DNA of 64,000 nucleotides from Arenicellales bacterium (GTDB lineage Bacteria; Pseudomonadota; Gammaproteobacteria; Arenicellales; JAANXG01): NCBI GenBank assembly GCA_965216665.1, contig OZ244194.1, positions 4,141,427 to 4,205,426 of the forward strand, read 5' to 3'. Shown piece by piece: positions 58,122 to 64,000 of this stretch (position 1 is its first letter; each line of letters starts with the position of its first letter). The notes under the pieces were generated by a model. It saw only the letters and a program-made list of their open reading frames with translations, ran no database searches and was not told where the DNA came from. The position numbers and the translations under genes were made by a program.

Positions 58122-58907
58122 TCAGTGGACCCAGCCGCGCCAGCGGTACACCGCCAGACCGAGATATTCTTTCAACGCCAGCGTCGTGGCCTCGAGCGCG
58201 CTCGCGCTCGGCAGGAAGCGCAGGACATTGGGCTGTGCGTGCTGCACGACCATGATGTCGGACACCGCCGGTGTGGTTCGTATGCCGGCGCTCTCGAATA
58301 CCGCCAGGGCGCGCGGCATGTGAAAGCCCGAGGTCACCAGCACCACGGTGTCGATGCGGTGTTTCTCGAGCAGCCGCCGGGTGAATACCGCGTTCTGATA
58401 GGTATTGCGGCTCTCGGTTTCGATCAGGATGGCGGCGGCCGGGACGCCCCACTCGGCGAGCAGGGCCGCGGTATACCGGGATTCGGCATCCATGCCGGGC
58501 TGCGGGAACACGTTGCCGCCGGACACGACAATCCGGGGCGCCACGCCGGCGCGGTAAAGCCGCGCCGCGTACAGGATCCGGTCCGCGGAGTCGCTCAAGT
58601 CGACATGCACGCGGGGCGGCAGCGGCAGACCCAGGCTGCCCCCGAGCACGACGATCGCATCGGCAGGCGGGACGGTGTGCGCACCGCGCGGCGGGTGCGT
58701 GCGTTCCAGGTGCGATACCAGCAATGTGGCGGTGGCCGGCGTCGCCGCCACCCACAGGATTGCGGCGCCCGCCACCCCGCACAGCGCGGCCGCCCGCGCA
58801 CGGCGCAGCGCCGCCAACACCGCGGCCAGCATCGCCAGTGCCAGGCTCAGGCCCAACGGGTACACGAACAGCGGCAGCACTTTGGACAGCGTGATCTCGA
58901 GGTCCAC
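58122..58907 (-). CDS. DUF218 (YdcF/ElyC) family membrane protein
   Basis: TM N-terminus, DAIVVLGGS and a DUF218 core. A GTG at 58907 avoids overlap with hrpA; an ATG at 58949 is the alternative. Confidence 0.7.
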   Translation of the reverse strand: MDLEITLSKVLPLFVYPLGLSLALAMLAAVLAALRRARAAALCGVAGAAILWVAATPATATLLVSHLERTHPPRGAHTVPPADAIVVLGGSLGLPLPPRVHVDLSDSADRILYAARLYRAGVAPRIVVSGGNVFPQPGMDAESRYTAALLAEWGVPAAAILIETESRNTYQNAVFTRRLLEKHRIDTVVLVTSGFHMPRALAVFESAGIRTTPAVSDIMVVQHAQPNVLRFLPSASALEATTLALKEYLGLAVYRWRGWVH

Positions 58908-58918
58908 GGCGAGCGGCG

Positions 58919-61900
58919 TTACGCCGCGTCCTCCAGCGCCTGTCGCCACGCGGCGTCGAGCCGCTTGGGCGATACCGCCAGCGCGGTGCCCAGTTCCTGG
59001 GCGAACAGCGAAACCCGGTATTCCTCGAGCATCCAGCGGTACGTGTCAAACCCGCTTCCCGCTGCCTCGGCGTCGGCGTAGCGCCGCCAATAGGGCGCGA
59101 TCCGCGCGCGCTTGTTGCGGTCCTTGGCGGGATCGCGCGCCGCGCGTTCCAGCCGCCGCTCGACGGCGGCCAGATAGCGCGGATATTCGGCCAGCCAGCG
59201 CGCGGGCGTGGCGCGCACGAAGCCCGGAAACACCAGGCCTGCAAGTTGTTCACGCACGTCGGCGGCAATGTCGGTGGGGATGCCTTCCAGCGCCTTACGA
59301 ATGTCGCGGTGAGCGGTCAGGATCTCGTGCAGCTGTGCGCACAGGCCATTGACCGCGTCGAGCAGGCCGCTTTTTGCCCGGTTCACACGACGCGCAAACG
59401 ACTCCGGGTCGCGAATGTCGTCGCTGCCGTCGTCAAACGCGGTGCGTTCGAGAGCAGCGTGGAGAATGTCGCCGGCGAGATCCTGGCCCGCACCGGCGGC
59501 GTGATGCAGCAACGCGAGTTCGTTTGCCCGTTTCAAGTTCTTGTGTGCGAATTTGACTTGCGCCGGTAGCGCCAGCGTCAACAGTCGGTGCAGCCCCGCG
59601 CGCATCGCGGCGCGCGCCTGGGCTTGGGTGGGGAACACCTTCAGCGCCACCGAGTCGCCCCGGTCCTCGAGCGCCGGATAAGCGGTGATGCAGAGGTCCT
59701 CGCGCTCGATCTCTACGGTTTCCGGCAGCGCGCCGAAGTCCCAGCGGGTGATGCCGCTGCGCTCGATGTCGGCGCCCGCGGAGCGTGTGAAATGCGTGTC
59801 CGAGGCGTCGCGGTGTGTGGCACGCAGCGCCGCGAGGTCGCGCCCGTAGGCCACCGTGTCGCCCGCCGCGTCGACGACGCGGAAATTGGTGATCAGGTGG
59901 CGGGGGACTTTGCTCAAGTCCCAGTCGTCGGCGGCGATGGCCACACCGGCGAGCCGCTTGAGCACATCGGCGAGGGCTTCGGTCAACGCGCGGTCCTCGG
60001 CGTCGAGGAGCGCCACCGCGCGCGCGGCGAAATCCGGCGCCGGCGCCAGTCGGCGCCGAATCGGTTTGGGCAGCGACTTGATCAGCGCGGTGATTTTCTC
60101 GTGCAGCAGACCGGGCACCGGCCAGGTGAAGGGGGCGGCCGGAATCTGGTTGAGGAGCGCCATCGGCAGCGTGACCGTGACTCCGTCGTTGGGATGCCCG
60201 GGCGCGAAGTGATAGTGCAGCGACAGACGGTTGCCGCTGACTTCGAGAACATCCGGGAATCGGTCCAGGTGGAGATCGGCGGCCGTTTCGCGCAGCGCAT
60301 CGGCCTCCTCGAGATACAAAAGGCGCGGGTTTTCGGTTTCCGCCGCCTGCCGCCAGCGCTCGAAACGCGCCGCGCTGTAGAGGTCGGCCGGTACGCGCGC
60401 CGCGTAGAATTCGAACATCGTCTCGTCGTCGATCACCAGCCCAGTACGGCGCGTCTTGTGCTCATATTCGGCCAGGCGGGCGAGCAGAGCGCGATTGTGC
60501 GCGAGAAACCCGGCCCCGGTGCGCAGGCGGCCGCCCACCAGCCCTTCGCGGATGAGCACCGCGCGTGCCCGCGGCGGATCGAGGGGACCGAGATGGATGC
60601 GGCGCCGGGAAATCACCGTGAGTCCGAACAGGGTGGCGCGCTCGAAAGCCATGACGCGCCCGGTGCGCGCGTCGAAAACCGGCTCCAGGTACTCACGCCG
60701 AAGCAGTGGGCGCGCGTAGGTTTCGACCCATTCGGGCCGGATCGGCGCGACGACGCGCGCGTACAGTCGGCCGGTGTCGACCAGCTCCGCGGCCATGATC
60801 CATGGCGGAGTTTTACGAAACAGGCTGGAACCCGGATGCACAAAGAGCCGCTTCTGATGGGTGCCGGTGTAAGCGCGTTTCTCGTCCAGGCGAGCGATGT
60901 TTCCGATCAACCCGCTCAATACCGCACGATGAACGAGATCGGCGGCGGCCGGCTGTGAATTGCGGCTGAGCTTCATCTCGCGCGCCACCTGCGCCAATTG
61001 CCGCCGGACGTTGCGCCATTCGCGCAGCCGCGCGTAAGACAAGAACTGGTCTTTGCACCAGCGCCGCAACTGCCGGTCGCTCAACGCCTCGGTCTGCGCC
61101 CTATATTCCGACCACAACGCGAGCAGGGCGAGGAAATCCGACCCGTGCACGTCGAAACGCCGGTGGCGTTCTTGCGCCTCGGCGCGCGCGGCATCGGGAA
61201 ACTCGCGCGGATCGGACCCCTCCAGTGCGGCGGCGAGGGTGAGCACCTCGCGCAGGCAGCCCAGGCGGTCCGCCGCGACCAGCATGCGCGCCAGCCGGGG
61301 GTCGATGGGGAATCGCGCCAGGCGCCGGCCGAGCGGCGTGATCCGGCGCTGGTCGTCGACGGCGCCGAGCTCCAGCAATAACCGGTAGCCGTGGTTGACG
61401 TGTTTCGCCGGCGGCGCGTCGAGAAATGGAAAATCGTCCACTGTACCGAGACCGCGATCCGCCATGGTCAACACCACGCCGGCGAGCGAGCTGCGCAGTA
61501 CTTCCGGGTCGGTAAACTGCGGTCGGGACCGGTAGTCGTCTTCGCTGTACAAGCGGATACAGATACCCGGCGCGGTGCGGCCGCACCGCCCCGCGCGTTG
61601 ATCGGCGGAGGACTGCGACACGGGTTCCACCGGCAGGCGCTGAATCTGCCGGGCGCTGCTGTAGCGACTGACCCGCGCCAACCCGGTGTCGATCACATAG
61701 CGGATACCGGGCACGGTCAAGGACGTCTCGGCGACATTGGTCGCGAGTACGATGCGGCGTCCCGGGTGCGGCTTGAACACGCGTTGCTGGTCGGCGGCCG
61801 ACAATCGCGCATACAGCGGCAGTATCTCGGTATCGGCGAGATTGCGTTTGCGCAGCGATTGCGCGGTGACGCGGATGTCGTTCTCGCCGGCCAGGAACAC

Positions 61901-62818
61901 GAGAATGTCGCCGCGGCGGCCCGCGGCCGAGAGTTCGTCCACGGCGCGCAGGATCGCGGCCTGGAGCGGGCGGTCGCTGTCGTCCTTAGCAGTGGGCCGG
62001 TAACGCACCTCCACCGGATAGGTGCGGCCGGACACCTCGATGACGGGCGCGCCGCAGAAATAGTCGGCAAAGCGCTGTGGATCGATGGTCGCCGAGGTCA
62101 CGATGACTTTCAGGTCCGGACGTTGCGGCAACAGACGTTTGACCAGACCGAGGAGAAAGTCGATGTTGAGCGAGCGTTCGTGGGCCTCGTCGATGATCAA
62201 TGTGTCGTAACCGTACAGGTGCCGGTCTGCGGCGATTTCCGCGAGCAGCATGCCGTCGGTGAGCACCTTGACAAAGGTCGCGCGCCCGATCTGTTCGGTG
62301 AACCGGACCTTGTAGCCGACGCCGCCGCCGAGCGTCGTGTGGAGTTCCTCGGCGACCCGTGCCGCCACGCTGCGCGCCGCCAAACGCCGCGGTTGCGTGT
62401 GGCCGATGAATCCCCGCACACCGCGCCCCAGGTTGACACAGATTTTGGGTAACTGAGTACTCTTGCCGGAGCCGGTGTCGCCGCACACGACGATCACCTG
62501 ATGTTCGCGTAACGCGGCCTCGATATCGTGACGTTTGGCGGCGATCGGCAGACTGTCGTCGAAGTCGGGTTTCGGCAGCGCCGCCGCGCGCTGCGCGCAT
62601 CGCGCCTTGGAGGCTTCGATTTGTGCGGCCAGCGCCGCGCCGCGCGACCGGTGGTTCAGCTTGCGGCGGATTCGATGCGCGTCGGCGAGCATGCAGTGCG
62701 CCAATTCCTGATCGATATCGGCGGCCGGCGAAGCGTTGGGCTGCACTGCGGGTTTCCCATGCCGGGAGCGTGTTGACCGGGTAATGGTGTGACTCAATAA
62801 TCTCGAACTCGAAGGCAT
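58919..62818 (-). CDS. hrpA: ATP-dependent RNA helicase HrpA
   Basis: True start MPSSSRLL at 62818 (1299 aa). GDTGSGKSTQLPK, the DEAH box IIDEAHERS, and HA2/OB domains. Confidence 0.9.
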   Translation of the reverse strand: MPSSSRLLSHTITRSTRSRHGKPAVQPNASPAADIDQELAHCMLADAHRIRRKLNHRSRGAALAAQIEASKARCAQRAAALPKPDFDDSLPIAAKRHDIEAALREHQVIVVCGDTGSGKSTQLPKICVNLGRGVRGFIGHTQPRRLAARSVAARVAEELHTTLGGGVGYKVRFTEQIGRATFVKVLTDGMLLAEIAADRHLYGYDTLIIDEAHERSLNIDFLLGLVKRLLPQRPDLKVIVTSATIDPQRFADYFCGAPVIEVSGRTYPVEVRYRPTAKDDSDRPLQAAILRAVDELSAAGRRGDILVFLAGENDIRVTAQSLRKRNLADTEILPLYARLSAADQQRVFKPHPGRRIVLATNVAETSLTVPGIRYVIDTGLARVSRYSSARQIQRLPVEPVSQSSADQRAGRCGRTAPGICIRLYSEDDYRSRPQFTDPEVLRSSLAGVVLTMADRGLGTVDDFPFLDAPPAKHVNHGYRLLLELGAVDDQRRITPLGRRLARFPIDPRLARMLVAADRLGCLREVLTLAAALEGSDPREFPDAARAEAQERHRRFDVHGSDFLALLALWSEYRAQTEALSDRQLRRWCKDQFLSYARLREWRNVRRQLAQVAREMKLSRNSQPAAADLVHRAVLSGLIGNIARLDEKRAYTGTHQKRLFVHPGSSLFRKTPPWIMAAELVDTGRLYARVVAPIRPEWVETYARPLLRREYLEPVFDARTGRVMAFERATLFGLTVISRRRIHLGPLDPPRARAVLIREGLVGGRLRTGAGFLAHNRALLARLAEYEHKTRRTGLVIDDETMFEFYAARVPADLYSAARFERWRQAAETENPRLLYLEEADALRETAADLHLDRFPDVLEVSGNRLSLHYHFAPGHPNDGVTVTLPMALLNQIPAAPFTWPVPGLLHEKITALIKSLPKPIRRRLAPAPDFAARAVALLDAEDRALTEALADVLKRLAGVAIAADDWDLSKVPRHLITNFRVVDAAGDTVAYGRDLAALRATHRDASDTHFTRSAGADIERSGITRWDFGALPETVEIEREDLCITAYPALEDRGDSVALKVFPTQAQARAAMRAGLHRLLTLALPAQVKFAHKNLKRANELALLHHAAGAGQDLAGDILHAALERTAFDDGSDDIRDPESFARRVNRAKSGLLDAVNGLCAQLHEILTAHRDIRKALEGIPTDIAADVREQLAGLVFPGFVRATPARWLAEYPRYLAAVERRLERAARDPAKDRNKRARIAPYWRRYADAEAAGSGFDTYRWMLEEYRVSLFAQELGTALAVSPKRLDAAWRQALEDAA

Positions 62819-62821
62819 AGT

Positions 62822-64000
62822 ATGACACAGACCGAGCGGGACATTCGCGACATCGTGCGCGGTACGGGGGCCAACATCCTGGGCTTCGTCGCTCGCTTCG
62901 GGTCGCGGGTGCCGTTCATATTCCTCGCCGGTCTGTTGTTCGGCGCTGCGGCGTTCGGGCGCTACGTGCTGGTGATCGCGGTCATCGAAACCATCGCATG
63001 CCTGCCGGTGCTGGCGTTGAACAGGACTCTGTTCCGGTTCTTGAGCGAGGCGGAACCGCATAGCGACCGTTTCTACGGCACGCTCAAGAGCGGTTTGATT
63101 CTCGCTGCGGTGACCGGGCTCGCGGGGGCGTTGTTGGTGCTGGTCGCCGCGGACGCGGTGGCCGCCGCTTTCCGGTCTCCGGACGCGGCCGGACTCTTGC
63201 GTCTTCTGGCTTTCACCCTGCCGCTGACCACCGTTTCCACGGTATTGCTCGCCGCGACCCGTTACCGCCGTATCATGCGTTACGAGATTTACACGCGCAA
63301 TATCGTCGAACCGCTGACGCTGTCGATCGCGGTGGCGGTGATGTACCTGTTCGGTCCGCAGCCTTCGGGGCTGGTCATCGCACACGGGGTGTCGCTCGTC
63401 GCCGGGTGCGCGTTCGCCGTATACGGGTTTGCGCGTGTGTTTTCCCTAAAGCGGTGCCTGCGCGCGCGGGTGGATTTCGGGGAGGTCAAGTCCATCGCCC
63501 GGTTCTCTGCACCGACCGCAGTGTACGATTTCCTGAACGTCGCCATTTTGCGCGTCGACATCATGCTGCTCGCCTATTTTACGACGGAGAGTGTAGTCGG
63601 CATTTACGGCATGGCGATCCAGTTCGTAACTTTCGCCAAGAAGATTCGCCAGGCGTTCGATCCGATACTGACACCGGTGATCTCCCAGGGCCTCGTGGAC
63701 AACGACATCGCGCGGGTCAAACACCAACTGACGCTGGTGTCGCGCTGGGTATTGTCCGCGCAGATGGTCGTGTTTCTGATATTCGCGTTCTACGCCGAAC
63801 GCCTGTTGGGGCTGGTGGGGGAGGCGTTCTCCGACGGCGCTCTGACCCTGGCGATCCTGTGTGCGGGCTTCGTCATTAACGGTTGTCTGGGAGTCAGCGA
63901 GTTGCCGATTCTGTTTCGCAGGCCGATGTTGAACCCGGTGAACTCAGGCGTGATGCTGATCCTGAACGTCGCCCTGAACCTGCTGCTGATTCCGAGGCTC
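62822..64000 (+). CDS. Polysaccharide/oligosaccharide flippase (MOP/Wzx-type), 3'-truncated by the window
   Basis: I translated from the ATG at 62822: MTQTERDIRDIVRGTGANILGFVARFGSRVPFIFLAG.... The protein is polytopic throughout, with ARFSAPTAVYDFLN and IYGMAIQF motifs of this family. There is no stop in the window. Confidence 0.65.
   Translation, partial: MTQTERDIRDIVRGTGANILGFVARFGSRVPFIFLAGLLFGAAAFGRYVLVIAVIETIACLPVLALNRTLFRFLSEAEPHSDRFYGTLKSGLILAAVTGLAGALLVLVAADAVAAAFRSPDAAGLLRLLAFTLPLTTVSTVLLAATRYRRIMRYEIYTRNIVEPLTLSIAVAVMYLFGPQPSGLVIAHGVSLVAGCAFAVYGFARVFSLKRCLRARVDFGEVKSIARFSAPTAVYDFLNVAILRVDIMLLAYFTTESVVGIYGMAIQFVTFAKKIRQAFDPILTPVISQGLVDNDIARVKHQLTLVSRWVLSAQMVVFLIFAFYAERLLGLVGEAFSDGALTLAILCAGFVINGCLGVSELPILFRRPMLNPVNSGVMLILNVALNLLLIPRL

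Overview
The window has two parts. Positions 1 to about 45,010 are the right-hand portion of a large integrative conjugative element (ICE) of the PFGI-1 / ICEclc / SPI-7 type. It sits against the 3' end of a tRNA-Phe(GAA) gene (45009-45084, minus strand), and its left end lies outside the window.

ICE content, left to right:
- A type I R-M pair, hsdM/hsdS, with no hsdR in the window.
- A decayed IS91-family transposase remnant.
- A visibly AT-richer cargo block: a DUF2235/Tle1-like hydrolase, a lipoprotein and two EEP (DNase I-like) proteins.
- A complete, co-linear GI-type (MPF_G) conjugation module at 10.2-28.7 kb (PilL-like, PFL_4693...PFL_4711-family genes, TraD, VirB4/TraC-like ATPase, TraG).
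- A small ORF plus a radC-like JAB gene.
- An unusual RHS locus at 30.7-38.7 kb.
- A four-gene ICE accessory operon.
- A structured non-coding region.
- A recombination module: an extra tyrosine recombinase, an excisionase-type HTH protein and the integrase.

Positions 45.1-64 kb are ordinary GC-rich proteobacterial chromosome: sensor kinase, LivK-like binding protein, yggX, mutY, tRNA-Gly(CCC), thiS, thiG, trmB, rpiA, ilvA, PPTase, DUF218 gene, hrpA and a flippase gene.

The two most interesting observations:
1. The RHS locus has three tandem, paralogous, signal-peptide-bearing head genes. Their N-terminal domains are unrelated, but they share a conserved ~0.8 kb 3' YD-repeat module. They precede a separately initiated RHS shell gene whose AT-rich, cysteine-rich C-terminal toxin and secreted immunity candidate I do not recognise. 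This looks like a split RHS with interchangeable N-terminal halves.
2. A ~50-nt element occurs three times (9.4, 29.2 and 42.2 kb). Its two stems keep complementarity through compensatory substitutions and have pseudoknot topology. Each copy lies upstream of a small ORF.

All family assignments come from reading motifs and synteny by eye. No database search was possible.
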